This document shows positions 27,130 through 40,279 of a stretch of 64,000 bases of DNA, piece after piece (the first letter of the stretch is position 1; the number at the start of each line of letters is the position of its first letter). A model generated the notes under the pieces. The model was not told where the DNA came from. It saw only the letters and a list, made by a program, of their open reading frames with translations, and searched no databases. The DNA comes from Octopus sinensis. Taxonomy: Eukaryota. The position numbers and the translations under genes were made by a program. The stretch is taken from assembly GCF_006345805.1 (NCBI RefSeq), contig NC_043016.1:12648001-12712000 (forward strand). The letters are read 5' to 3'.

Positions 27130-27184
<55 letters not shown>

Positions 27185-27190
27185 GTGTCA
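27040..27190. repeat. (CAT/CAC/CAG)n compound trinucleotide microsatellite
   Basis: Direct reading. A similar (GAT/GGT)n tract is at 39560-39700. Confidence 0.95.
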
Positions 27191-28484
27191 CTGCCTCATA
27201 AATTAATAAAGATGCCTCTAAGTAGTTCAACCTGCTTGAAATAGTAGCCAAAACTCCCTCCTATCACACCCTGTCACCTAAAAGAAGGGAAGACACATTA
27301 GACAGTGACGTTCATTTTTGCAAAGAAAAAGAAATTGGACTGGATATACATGTTCACACGTACGCATGCCCGTGCACACACACACACATATGCATGCACA
27401 CATGCACACATGTACACAATACATATATATATATATATACATAAAAAACACCATCCGAGCGTGGCCGTCTGCCAGCCTCGCCTGGCACCTGTGCAGGTGG
27501 CACATAAAAAGCACCCACTACACTCACGGAGTGGTTGGCGTTAGGAAGGGCATCCAGCTGTAGAAACACTGCCAGATCTGACTGGGCCTGACGAAGCCTT
27601 CCAGCTTCACAGACCCCAGTTGCACCGTCCAACCCATGCTAGCATGGAAAGCGGACGTTAAACGATGATGATGATGATGATGATATATATATATATATCG
27701 TGGCACTCCATCGGTTAAAATGACGAGGGTTCCAGTGGATCCAATCAACAGAACAGCTTGCTTGTGAAATTAACATGCAAGTGGCCGAACACTCCACAGA
27801 CACATGTACCCTTAACATAATTCTTGGGGATATTCAGCGTGACACAGAGTGTGATAAGGCTGGCCCTTCGAAATACAGGTACAACAGAAACAGGAAGAAA
27901 GAATGAGAGAAAGTCGGGGTGAAAGAGTACAGCAGGGCGCCTCCACATATATGCGCCTCCACATATATGCATATATATATCATCATCATCATCATTTAAC
28001 GTCCGTTCTCCATGCTGGCATGGGTTGGACAGTTTGGCTGAGGCCTGGAAAGCAAGCTGCTGCACCAGGCTCCAATCTGATCTGGCAGTGTTTCTACAGA
28101 TGGATGCCATTCCTAACGCCAACCACTCTGAGAGTGTAGTGGGTGCTTTCTACATGCCACCGGCATGGGGGTCAGTCACTGGGTACTGGCATTGGCCATG
28201 TTCACATGGTGTTTTTTACGTGCCACCGGCAGTATATATATATATATATATATACACATATATATTTTGTATGCATATAATAAAGTTGAAAATGCACATA
28301 GAGTGTATCTTAAGGTTTATTTAATTTAAAATTAATTCACCAAACTGGTTTCACATTTGTATGATTTGCATGCATGTGGTTTTAGGTTCAATTTCACTGC
28401 ACAGCAACTTGTGTTGGTGTCTTCTATTACAGCCCAGGGCTGACCAATGCTTTGTGAATGAATTTGGTCGACAGTAACTGTGCC

Positions 28485-29265
28485 ATTTGACTCATCAGAA
28501 GGAGATTTCAAGCATGCACTGAATCGATTCACTGCAGAGTTCTTCAAAGCAGGAATGAGATTTAGTGTTGCGAAGACTATGGCATTGGTCCTTTTAAAAA
28601 AGTCTTCTCAGTGCACCCTGCATGTTAGGGGAACAGCACTGAGACAAGTGGGGGAAGTTTAAGGATCTAGGCTGCTCTATTCACAAGTGATGGGAAACAG
28701 GAGGCAGAAATGAATGTTAGAATTGCATATCCTGGTACAGTAATGCACCAGCTCTGGTATTCGATACTCAGTAAAGGAGAAGCTGGAAAAAAAACAAAAA
28801 AAACTTGCTATCTTCAAATTGGTTTTCATTCCTATCCTTACCTGTGGTGATGAAAGACAGGTAATGACAGAAGGGGTATGATCACAAATACAAGCAGCTG
28901 AAATGGATTCCTCTGAAGAATTCCTGGAATAATGTATCTCAACATGAAGTAGAGTTTGGAGATCAGTAAATCTCTCTGTGTTGAGATATCACAGCTCCAG
29001 TTCTGCAGACATGTGATTAGAATGTTGCAGGAAAGAATCACAAGGTGAATTCTTCAAGGGGAACCAATCAGACCTATGAGTAGACCAGGGGCGAGATGAT
29101 TGGATAATATCCATAGTCTCAGTTGGTGATGCTTAGGAATCCAAGCAGAAGGTGTCATGACAGCTGCTTCTGACAGGACCGTATGAAGGAGGTGCCTGAA
29201 GTTGTTATATTCCTCAGACCTTTCAAGAATTGTGGGCAGATAAGATGAATGGATATATATATGTA
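28485..29265 (+). mobile_element. Decayed RTE LINE, Expander/Rex3-like, RT C-terminal half
   Basis: Reads LNRFTAEFFKAGMRFSVAKTMALVL..CTLHVRGTALRQVGE..LFTSDGKQEAEMNVRIA..KLAIFKLVFIPILTCGDE..VMTE..SQIQAAEM. It follows recalled Rex3/Expander motifs and has frameshifts and stops. Confidence 0.75.
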
Positions 29266-30441
29266 TGTGTGTCTTTGAGTCTGTGTTTATCCTCTATCAA
29301 CCTTTGACAACTGGTGTTGGTTTGTTTACATACCTGTAACATAGCAGTTCAGTAAAAGGGACTAGTAGAAGAAGTATCAGACATTAAAAATAGGTATTGG
29401 AATCAATTTGTTGGAATAAATTTCTTCAAGGCAGTTCTCCAGTATGGCTGAAGTATAATCTTTTCTACTCTAGGCACAAGGCCCGAAATTTTTGTGGAAG
29501 AGGGACCAATTGATTAGATCAACCCCAGCACACAACTGATACTTAATTTATTGACCCCTGAAAGAATGAAAGACAAAGTCAACCTTGGCGGAATTTGAAC
29601 TCAGAACATAAAGTCATGCTAATGTTTCTTATTTTTTATTGCCCACAAGGGGCTAAACATAGAGGGGACAAACAAAGACAGACAAAGGGATTAAGTTGAT
29701 TACATTGATCCCAGTGCATAAATGGTACTTAATTTATCGACCCCTAAAAGGATGAAAGGCAAAGTTGACCTCGGTGGAATTTGAACTCAGAACGTAATGG
29801 CAGACAAAATACTGCTAAGCCCAGCGTACTAACGTTTCTGCCAACTTGCCGTCATGCTAATGTTTCTGCCAGCTCGCTGCCTTATGGCTGCAGAATAATG
29901 ACTGAAGCATATAAAAAATAAACAATATTTTTGTATGAAATGCATGATTTAATGATTTAGATTTTACTTATAAATATTTTGCCTGCACACATGCAACATA
30001 GACTGTGAATTCATGGAGTTGTTAAGCATCAAATAGACTGGCTTGGAATATTCTCTCTACTCATTACTCCGAATTCATATTCTATCAAAATCAATGTTAC
30101 TTTTCATCCGGTGGGCAATAAATAAATATATTAGTTAAGTACTGCAGGGGATGGGGTGGGGTTAATTTTTCTCTTTCACTTTTGGAATTGGCAACCATTT
30201 GCTATGAGATGGGTTCTGAATGGCAATTACTAGTGTCCCTTTCTCCAAAAATGTAGAAAAGACAAGTAAAAATGAAAGCAACCGTTTCTCACATGATATG
30301 TTACAGTCAAAGAATGGACTGATGTGTAGTATAGCATGGAATGGAATAAAAGGAAATATATTACTGTTCTATATTTAAGAGATGAGGAATTATTTACATT
30401 ATTTACATTTGACAGATATTTGTCCACCTTGTTTGCTGTTA

Positions 30442-30485
30442 ACACAACATTTCGGCTGATATACCCTCCGGCCTTTATCAGGTGT
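30442..30485 (-). ncRNA. Degenerate minimal type I hammerhead motif
   Basis: Minus strand reads ACAC CTGATAA A GGC cggagggtatatca GCC GAA ATGT T GTGT. Helix I (ACAC/GTGT) and stem II are intact, with G8A and a CpG-type change in helix III. Confidence 0.55.
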
Positions 30486-32469
30486 CTCAGGGATGCCCTT
30501 CCTAACACCAACCACTCTGTAGAGTGGACTCAGTGCTTTTTACATGGCACTTGCACAGGTGAGGTTAGTTTTGGTATGATTTTTACAGCTGGATTCTCTT
30601 CCAAACACCAACCACGTTACAGTGTGGACTGGATGCTTTCTACACGGCACCAGCACTGGCAGGGTCACCAAGTAACTCACAAGGCAAGGAATTGTGAGAG
30701 GGGCAGGGGGCATTTGAGGAGGGGGAACTTGTGTCAGAGGATGAAAGGTTAGAGTGTGATAAAGAGGCAGAGAGGAAGAAGCAGATGTCTTGTCACAACA
30801 GAGGGGACATTAGAGGAGGTAATCCAGTATCAAATGATGAAAGGTTAGAGTGTAACAGAGAAATAGAGAGGCAGAAAAAGGTGTCTTGCTACAGAGGAGG
30901 TACATGGTGAGAGAGAGAGAGACAGAGACAGAGACAGGTGGGCTGCTGTAGAGGAGATACTTGGTTACCTAGTCAGAGGGAAGAACAAGAGAAAGAGAGA
31001 AAGAGAGAGTGATCAAGAATGAAGGTAGAAATAGGTGTGCTGCTGTAGAGGACATACATGGCTACCCAGCCAGGGGGAAGAGCAAGGGAGAGAGAGAAAG
31101 AGTGGAAAACAGCAAAAGTGCAGGAGAGAGATGGTGAAGTGCCAGGGTATACTCACAAGTAACAAGGATCAGAGCATCGATGTGATGGTAGAATAAAGAA
31201 AGAGAGAGGTATGGCGGTCATAATAAATGTGGTCCGGTATTACCAAGAAGGCACAAGTAGGGAGTGAGGATTGCAGCAAGTGGTGAAAACCTAGGTATAA
31301 AAATGGGGGGAAGCAGCGATACAGTTTTCAGGATAGTGAGGGCAGAGAAGGGGATTGGAAGACAATCATAGTTTATGAAGAGGAAATGTGAGAAAGAGAA
31401 AAATGCAGTTTACAAGAGGGGATGTAGTTCGTTTCCTTGGAAGTCAACTGTGGGCGATTCATTTGGTTACAAAAATTCTCCAAGCTAGTGCCCCAGCATG
31501 GCCACAGTCCAATTATATATATGACAGGTTTCTTTCAGCTTCCATCTACCTAATCCACTCACAAAGCTTTGGTCGGCCCAAGGTTGTGATAGAAAAATCT
31601 TGCCCAAGGTTCATTCCATGGGATTGAATCCAGAACCATGTGGTAGAGAAGCAAGCCTCTTACCACACAGCTGCGCCTTCTCCATTTATTGAGAAGATTT
31701 AAAATACTAACAGACTCACACTACCCTCTCTACTTTTTCATTTCTCTCTGTCTTTTCTATGGCTACAGTAATGGCCTCTGTATCTCAGAGGTAGTTGGTT
31801 TCATATCTTCTCCGCTCAAGCATCTGTCTCCCATTCACTTTTCTACTCTCTCACTATCTTTGTTATGTCCACGGATAACCATTATACCCAGTCCACCTCT
31901 GAATCTTCTCCTTGCTCACAATTTTCCTGCAGATGTTGACCTCCAACTGTCTAAATTGAACATTTCCAGTGCCACTTCACCATTCCTATCTTCTCTTCAA
32001 AAATGTGTGTAGCCATGGTGGACTTTGCCTTTCATCCTTTCGGGGTCGATAAATAAAGTACCAGTTTCCAACTGAAGTCGATGTAATCGACTTAATCCCT
32101 TTGTCTGTCCTTGTTTGTCCCCTCTATGTTTAGCCCCTTGTGGGCAGTAAAGAAATACATAACTAGGAGCCTGTTCTGCTCTGGCCCTTTTGCACATACT
32201 TTAACTCCCTCCAGTTCAAGTATAAAGCTCCCTGCCCTCCTTGGGTTTCATAGTCTTGCAGCTGCTTGGCAACCTCACATAAAAAGCATCCAGTATGCTC
32301 CTGTAAAGTGGTTGGTGTTAGGAAGAGCATCCAGCCATAGAAACCATACCAAAGCAGATACTGGAGTACAATGCAGCCCATGGACACATCAGATCCTGTC
32401 AAAACACCCAGCCTATGCCAGCATGGAACATGGGCGTGAGATGATGGTGATAGTGGTGGTGGTGGCAGT

Positions 32470-32485
32470 GAATAATAAAAATAAA

Positions 32486-32522
<37 letters not shown>

Positions 32523-32667
32523 GGAGGAAAAAGAAGAAGAAGAAGAAGAAGAAGAAGAAGGAGAAGAAGAAGAAGAAGAAGAAGAAGAGGAAGGAGAAGA
32601 AGAAGAAAAGAAGAAGAAGAAGAAGAAGAAGAAGAAGAAGAAGAAGAAGAAGAAGAAGAAGAAGAAG

Positions 32668-32697
<30 letters not shown>
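32470..32697. repeat. (AAT)n + (GAA)n microsatellite
   Basis: Direct reading. Source of the poly-K/R/L/S pseudo-ORFs. Confidence 0.97.
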
Positions 32698-32698
<1 letters not shown>

Positions 32699-34514
32699 CT
32701 CAACAGCAGCAGCAGCAGTTGTCCAAGAACTTGGACCTGGAGATCTCCATTTCCAGCGACTTCGAGGGGCCACCTACCAGTGGTGTCGGGCATCAACGAA
32801 GATCCCTCGACTACAACAAGATGACCAAAGTTTTTTTTTTTTCCCAAGGTCTGGGGGTCTCCCGCCCCTCAACGCTAGACCATCACCTAATCACCCTTAC
32901 CCATCTTGTTGCTTGACAATAACAACAACAACAGCAGCAGCAACAGTAGCAGCACACTGGGGTCAGAAAACTCTGAATGGTCATGGACTATGCTCATTAC
33001 TGATGACTCATTGAATTATATTAAAAAAGAAATTGATAACCTAACAGATTTCAAGGCATAAATACATTTGAATTTGTGTTAAGTTTATCTTGATTACAGC
33101 AAATAGTGCAACATCGTCTCTGAAAAACAATATATTCTTACATTGTAAACTTTTAATGTTCCACCACCACCACCACCACCACCAGCCACTGCTTTAAAAT
33201 GTATTCTTTGCTGATAAGATGGGTGACAGTTTTCTTCTCTTTTTTTTTGTAATCTGTCCTATATAAAGGACAGATACACATAAGCAAATCATAAGGCTGT
33301 ATCAAATTTCACAGAGAAAATATATGAAATATCATACAGCTTGTATTAGATTTCATAAGAAAATTCAACTAAGTTTTGCAACTTTTCAAGAAATATGGAG
33401 TATTATTACAGAGATTATTACCAGTGGGTATGACAGGGGACCAAAACTCCTGGCAGTTTTTTATGCTTGAAAAGACATGTGAGGCTAAGTAAAAACATGG
33501 TTGTCCTTGCATACAATCTTGTCCCCTGTCTATTGTGGAGGGAACTTTTTGAAGGGGGTAGACTCAGAAAGACATGGGGTGAAGTAGAATCTACAGGTGT
33601 TGGGATTCACAGAAGGGATGACAGGGGACCAAGACTATGGGCAGTTTGCTATGCTTGAAAAGACATGTGGAGCTAACCCCAAGTCAACCTTCATCCAACA
33701 CAGCCCTGGCAAAAGGTGTTTCAGTCATGACCACCAGGTTCCTTCTTGTTTAGTCATAGTTCATCTAGGACTACGTTATCCCATGTGTCCTGTAATTTTT
33801 TTCGTCAAAGAGTATGTGTGTCTGTGAGTGAGATTCAGTGGTATATGGCATGTCAAGGCGGGTTAGCACCTTTGTCAGAAAAACACATTGCACTCTCAGA
33901 GGTCATTGTTGTTTCATTTATATATCACAGCCCCACACCCCACCTCATATCCCAAAAAGGGGACAGTGAATTGGCAGTCATTAGAGTATTGGATAGAACT
34001 TTTTGTTGGTTTGTTCCAATTCTTTGCATTCCAATTCTTGCACACAGTTCAAACCCCTCTGAATTCAACTTTCAAATTTGTTTAAAATGTCCCAGTCTGG
34101 AGCAGTGGATTAGTGGATCGTTAGAGCATCGAAGAGAATACCTTGCAGCACTTTTTCTGCCCCCATCAATGAAAAACAGGGACATTTCTGTCACAAGTTG
34201 TGAGTGGTAGATGGTATGAGAAAATACAAAAAACTTACAAGATGTAGTTTCCTTGGACAATCAGCTTCGACCATGAGACACACAAAAGAGATAAGATGAT
34301 CGAAGCAGGAATGAAATTTGCTTGTAGGTCATCTTAGGGTCAACCTGAATCTATGCAATGACATCAACAACAGCCCTCCTGCCATGACCTAACAATGGAG
34401 TATTTTTAAACAGCAGCCAGTTACTCCTCAAACCTTAAAAAAAAGGGCAGTTTCCATGGTATGCTACTCCAGAAAAAAAAAAGAGAAAGAGAGGGTATCA
34501 TAATCTTAATAGGT

Positions 34515-34672
34515 GTAGGCGTTGACTATGTAGTAAGAACCTTGCTTCCCAACTACATGGTTCCGGGTTCAGTCCCACTGTATATGGTACCTTGAGTGTC
34601 TTCTACTATAGTTTCGGGCCGACCAAAGCCTTATGAGTGGATTTGGTAGACGGAAACTAAAAGAAGCTCATC

Positions 34673-34711
<39 letters not shown>

Positions 34712-34952
34712 TATATATATATATATATATTTATGGGCATGTATGTGTGTGTCTGTGTTTGTCCCCCACCCACCATTGTTTGACAACCAATGTTGGTGTG
34801 TTTATGTCCCTGTAACTTAGCGGTTTGGCAAAACAAACCGATAGAATATGTACTAAGCTTACAAAGAATAAGTCCTGGGGTCAATTTGTTCGACTAAAGG
34901 CAGTGCTCCAGCATGGCCACAGTCAAATGACTGAAACAAGTAAAAGAGTAAA
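34515..34952 (+). mobile_element. SINE family A (diverged head)
   Basis: B box GGTTCAGTCCC, core and tail. Confidence 0.85.
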
Positions 34953-35503
34953 AAGTAGAATACCTGTGACCATAACTTGAATATCTGATCCTTGATCATA
35001 GAACTGAATGATCAGCAATGCCCTTTGGCTGGTGGGTGCTGGGGCAGGATAAACAACAACAATACTAACAACAACAACACTAATATTACTACAACACTTA
35101 ATACCTTTATCACTACTATTAAGGTGGTAACAATAATCTGTGGTGCTCTTAGTGGTAGTGATAGTGATGTTAATGATAGTGTTACTGATGGTGGTGGTGG
35201 TGGTGGTGGTGGTGGTGACAGTGGTGTTGTTGGTGATGATGGCCTTGCTAGTAATGGTTGTGATAGCATTGTTGTTGTTTGGTCCCAGATCGGACCAGAC
35301 CCCTTGTTAAGCAGATGCATGGTAAGCACAGGTCCAGTGTTCAAGTTGTATACTGTCTCCATCTAGCTGAGGACCATAACTATAAACTTGGATATATCAT
35401 TATTTATCATATAAGCCAAGGCAAAAGTAGACAGTCACTTATGGGATTGAACCCAGAACCATGTGGTTTACGAGAAAACTGCTATGTCCGCCCTTTCTGA
35501 TTT

Positions 35504-35847
35504 ATTACCTCTGCCTTAGTGAAGGCAGAGGTACGGTTTTCAGTCGCGTTTGTTTGTTTGTCCATGGACAAGATATCTCAAGAACCACTGGATGTTTGGC
35601 CTCATGACTGGCACAAACTGATTAGATTTTGGGATCAATCTGGTACTGGACAAGGATTCCGGATTATTTTTCCTGTGTTTTTTTACTTAATTTTTGAAAG
35701 CAGTCAGGTTCATGTTTAGTATTCTCATTTGTGAGAGCAGTCGAGGTTATTTCAGATATTCTCATTTTAGAAATCATCTCTGGCTAATCATTGAGAGGAT
35801 GTTGGTGTTGCCATGGCGGTGGTTTGCACTCTCTGAGTGCTCTTGTT
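35504..35847 (+). mobile_element. Helentron-associated / DINE-1-like non-autonomous element
   Basis: 5' hairpin ACCTCTGCC-ttagtgaa-GGCAGAGGT, (TTTG)n microsatellite, and 3' end GGCGGTGGTTTGCACTCTCTGAGTGCTCTTGTT. Confidence 0.65.
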
Positions 35848-35861
35848 TTATATTTACTCTT

Positions 35862-36254
35862 TTACTCTCTTTTTACTCTTTTAATTGTTTCAGTCATTTG
35901 ACTGCGGCCATGCTGGAGCATCACCTGTAGTCGAGCAAATCGACCCTGGGACTTATTCTTTGTACCCCCGTACTTATTCTATCGGTCTCTTTTGCTGAAC
36001 CGCTAAGTGACAGGGACGTAAACACACCAGCAATCGGTGTCAAGCAATGCTAGGGGGACAAACACAGACACACACACACATATATACATATATACGACAG
36101 GCTTCTTTCAGTTTCCGTCTACCAAATCCACCACAGGCATTGGTCGGCCCGGGGCTATAGCAGAAGACACTTGCCCAAGATGCCACGCAGTGGGACTGAA
36201 CCCAGAACCATGTGGTTGGTAAGCAAGCTACTTACCACACAGCCACTCCTGCGC
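35862..36254 (-). mobile_element. SINE family A
   Basis: Reverse complement of the family A consensus. Confidence 0.88.
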
Positions 36255-37110
36255 TATTTTTTTGTAACTTTTATAAAGCAAAGATATTGTATTTATTCTA
36301 TATCATGTGCAAATAAAACACATCCAAAATGTTCTTTTATTTAGTTTATCAATGTTGTTTTCTTGTAATTAGACAAAGTCCATAAAAAGAGTAATAAAAT
36401 GAAGTTTTATCTTATCAGCTGTGGTTACTTTGACATAAATAGCGAGCATTTATCCTATTTCTGTGTCCTGTAATTCATTGTAAGATTCCATTATTTTTCT
36501 TGTATATAATCTAGACCTTGCACCAATGTGAAAAATCCTCAATATGATCATTTGACATATTACAAATGGCAGCCAAATCTTCCTTAAATCATGTCTTACT
36601 ACTCTAAATAATAACAGGCAACACTGCATAATATAGTTCTATGTAAACCTAAAAAGACAGAACAGTCGTAGCTAAAATGCCTTTGAGAATAGATTCGCTC
36701 AATCAAAGCTATTTAATATCAACCATTATCTCTCGTGAATTAATAAATAATTCAGTTCCTACAATTGTTTGTATTTATTCCCATTTTGAAAACATTTTTT
36801 CTTTTTCTTTTTATGTTCCCTCTTTGAGTTTTCTTTTTTCTGTCATTAAATATTAACCCATTTAATTTTTTTTATTAGTTATCTTACTTACTCTTATAAC
36901 GACTTATTATAAGCAGTAGACATTTTTCTTTTGATTATGTGACTAACAGTAATAACGACCAAAGGAAATGTAAGGTGTGTGTGTGTTTCTGTGGAGCATA
37001 AAGTAGATCACCTGAATAAGTTATTCCTCTTACAGTGCTTCTATTATTTCTCCTCTCACCCATGTTTCAAGTTCAAATCATATCAGATCGCTTTTTGTGT
37101 TTCAGCCCTC

Positions 37111-38686
37111 AAAAAAAGAAATAAAAAAGTGAAAAGAAAAAAAAGTGAAAAGAAAAAAAAAAGTGAAAAAAAAAAAGTGAAAAGAAAAAAAGTGAAAAGA
37201 AAAAAAAGTGAAAAGAAAAAAGTGAAAGAAAAAAAAGTGAAAAGAAAAAAGTGAAAAGAAAAAAAGTGAAAAGAAAAAAAGTGAAAAGAAAAAAAGTGAA
37301 AGAAAAAAAGTGAAAGAAAAAAGGTGAAAAGAAAAAAGTGAAAAGAAAAAAGTGAAAAGAAAAAAAGTGAAAAGAAAAAAAGTGAAAAGAAAAAAGTGAA
37401 AAGAAAAAAAAGTGAAAAGAAAAAAAGTGAAAGAAAAAAAGTGAAAAGAAAAAAAAAGTGAAAGAAAAAAAGTGAAAAGAAAAAAAAGTGAAAAGAAAAA
37501 AGTGAAAAGAAAAAAGTGAAAGAAAAAAAAGTGAAAAGAAAAAAGTGAAAAGAAAAAAAGTGAAAGAAAAAAAGTGAAAAAAAAGTGAAAAGAAAAAAAA
37601 GTGAAAAGAAAAAAGTGAAAAGAAAAAAAGTGAAAAGAAAAAAAAAGTGAAAGAAAAAAAGTGAAAAGAAAAAAGTGGAAAGAAAAAAAGTGAAAAGAAA
37701 AAAAGTGAAAAGAAAAAAGTGAAAAGAAAAAAAGTGAAAAGAAAAAAAGTGAAAAGAAAAAAAAAGTGAAAGAAAAAAGTGAAAAGAAAAAAAAGTGTGA
37801 AAGAAAAAAGTGAAAAGAAAAAAAGTGAAAAGAAAAAAGTGAAAAAAAAGTGAAAAGAAAAAAAAGTGAAAAGAAAAAAAAGTGAAAAAAAAAGTGGAAA
37901 AAAAAAGTGAAAAGAAAAAAAAGTGAAAAGAAAAAAGTGGAAAGAAAAAAGTGAAAAGAAAAAAAAGTGAAAAGAAAAAAGTGAAAAAAAAGTGAAGAAA
38001 AGTGAAAGAAAAAACGTGAAAAGAAAAAAGTGGAAAAGAAAAAAAGTGTGAAAAGAAAAAAAGTGAAAAGAAAAAAGTGAAAAGAAAAAAGTGAAAAGGA
38101 AAAAAGTGGAAAGAAAAAAAGTGGAAAGAAAAAAAGTGAAAAAAAAGTGAAAAGAAAAAAAGTGAAAGAAAAAAGTGAAAAGAAAAAAAAGGTGAAAAGA
38201 AAAAAGTGAAAAGAAAAAAGTGAAAAGAAAAAAAAGTAAAAGAAAAAAGTGAAAAGAAAAAAAGTGAAAAAAAAGTGAAAAGAAAAAAAAGTGAAAAGAA
38301 AAAAAAGTGAAAGAAAAAAGTGGAAAGGAAAAAAGTGAAAAGAAAAAATGAAAAGAAAAAAGTGAAAGAAAAAAAGTGAAAAGAAAAAAGTGAAAAGAAA
38401 AAAGTGAAAAGAAAAAAGTGAAAGAAAAAAAGTGAAAAAAAAAAAGTGAAAAGAAAAAAAGTGAAAAGAAAAAAAAGTGAAAAGAAAAAAGTGGAAAGAA
38501 AAAAAGTGAAGAGAAAAAAGTGAAAAGAAAAAAAGTGAAAAGAAAAAAAAGTGAAAAGAAAAAAAGTGAAAAAAAAAAAGTGAAAAGAAAAAAAAGTGAA
38601 AAGAAAAAAAAGTGAAAAGAAAAAAGTGAAAAGAAAAAAAAGTGAAAAGAAAAAAAGTGAAAAGAAAAAAAGTGAAAAGAAAAAAA
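37111..38686. repeat. A-rich minisatellite (AAGTGAAAAGAAAAA)n, ~1.57 kb
   Basis: Unit of about 14-16 bp with variable A-run length, on the order of 100 copies. Confidence 0.97.
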
Positions 38687-38747
38687 CAATGACCTTGAGC
38701 TTCAGTAAAATGCTCACTATCACATGCTATGTGATATTTAGTTAAAT

Positions 38748-39439
38748 CAGTGGTTCCCAAACATTTTCGGGCTGCCGCCCCCTTGGTTCTCAGGCCACAT
38801 GCCTAGTGCCCACCCCACACACCATCACGGACACAGACCTTTTCTGCAGCAAATTCAAAACAATTCAAAACAGACACGTTAGCGCACCGGGCAGAATGCT
38901 TAGCGGTATTTCGTCTGTCATTACGTTCTGAGTTCAAATTCCGCCGAGGTCGACTTTGCCTTTCATCCTTTCGGGGTCGATTAAATAAAAGTACCAGTTT
39001 CGCACTGGGGTCGATGTAATCGACTTAATCCCTTTGTCTGTCCTTGTTTGTTCTCTCTATGTTTAGCCCCTTGTGGGTAGTAAAGAAATAGGTATCTCGT
39101 CTGCCTTTACGTTCTGGGTTCAAATTCCGCCGAGGTCGACTTTGCCAGTCATTCCTTCGGGGGCGATGAATTAAGTACCAGTTTCGCACTGGGGTCGATG
39201 TAATCGACTTAATCCCTTTGTCTGTCCTTGTTTGTTCTCTCTATGTTTAACCCCTTGTGGGCAATAAAGAAATAAATATTTCACAAATAAAACCTAACCT
39301 GATTATCCCTTTATTTTTTTTTACATCCATTGCCTCCTTTTGGTCACCCCATTATCAACCCAATCTTCTTCAATGCCCCCCCCCTGGATCTTTCCACCAC
39401 CTCCGGGGGGGAGGGTACCACCATCATTGGGAACCATTG
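38748..39439. mobile_element. hAT-type MITE with nested tandem SINE B insertion (~38878-39280)
   Basis: TIR CAGTGGTTCCCAA / TTGGGAACCATTG and 8-bp TSD AGTTAAAT / AGTTCAAT (7 of 8 identical). Confidence 0.8.
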
Positions 39440-39810
39440 AGTTCAATCCTTTTAATGCCTGAGTTGAAAATCCTGTTAAGGTTTGATGTTACTTTTGATC
39501 ATTGCACATTCAAGTACATACCAGTAATATACTGTGCACATCACCAGTTGATTTATTCTATGATGATGATAATGATGGTGATGATGGTGTGATGGTGATG
39601 ATGATGGTGATGATGATGGTGGTGGTTGTGGTGGTGGTTGCGGTGGTGGTGGCGGTGGTGATGATGATGGTGATGATGATGACGATGACGACAATGATGA
39701 TGAATCCCAGAAGGATAAAAGGAAATGTTGACAATGTTAGGAGTTGAATTCAGTCTTAGCAGCTTTTTCGTTTGCAATTGGTGTGTCATTAAATGTGAAC
39801 CAGTGTTTAA

Positions 39811-40279
39811 CCCTTTCGTTACTGTATTTATTTTGAGATGTTCTGTGTTTCTTTCAATTAATTTTAAATATAACAAAGAATTTAGTAAAATAACTTAGTT
39901 ATCATTAAGCTAGTGTTAGGAACATAAATTGTGACCAAAGTTTGGTGGAAGATTTTAATTCAGAACTTTGGAAAACAAGACATTTGTACTAAAGAGCCAG
40001 AGCCGGTTTCAGCCGGGTTGGTAATGAAAGGGTTAAGAATTGTTTCTCTATTATATATTTTAACCCTCTTGTTACCATATTTCTGTTGTTATGCTGTGTT
40101 TCTTTCAATTAATTTTAAATATAACAAAGAATTTAGTAAAATAACATTGTTATCATTAAGCTAGAGTTAGGGACATAAATTGTGACTAAGGGTTGGTGGA
40201 AGGTTTTAATTCAGAACTTTTGAAAAACTTTTGTACTAAAGAGCCAGAGCCGGTTTCAGCCGGGTTGGTAACAAAAGGG
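39811..40279 (-). mobile_element. Two adjacent piggyBac-type P1 MITEs (39811-40032, 40064-40279)
   Basis: Each is bounded by TTAA-CCCT...AGGG-TTAA and is the reverse complement of 12573-12788. Confidence 0.88.

Noticed and set aside
32111-32847. Poly-K/R/S/L ORFs
   Set aside because: (AAT)n/(GAA)n microsatellite joined to SINE sequence.
33746-34210. 154-aa ORF
   Set aside because: No recognisable motif, and it lies among decayed RTE 3' sequence.
37083-38760. Three 526-552 aa ORFs on the minus strand
   Set aside because: They are stop-free only because the satellite lacks stop triplets. Composition is F/S/L/H/T repeats with no domain.
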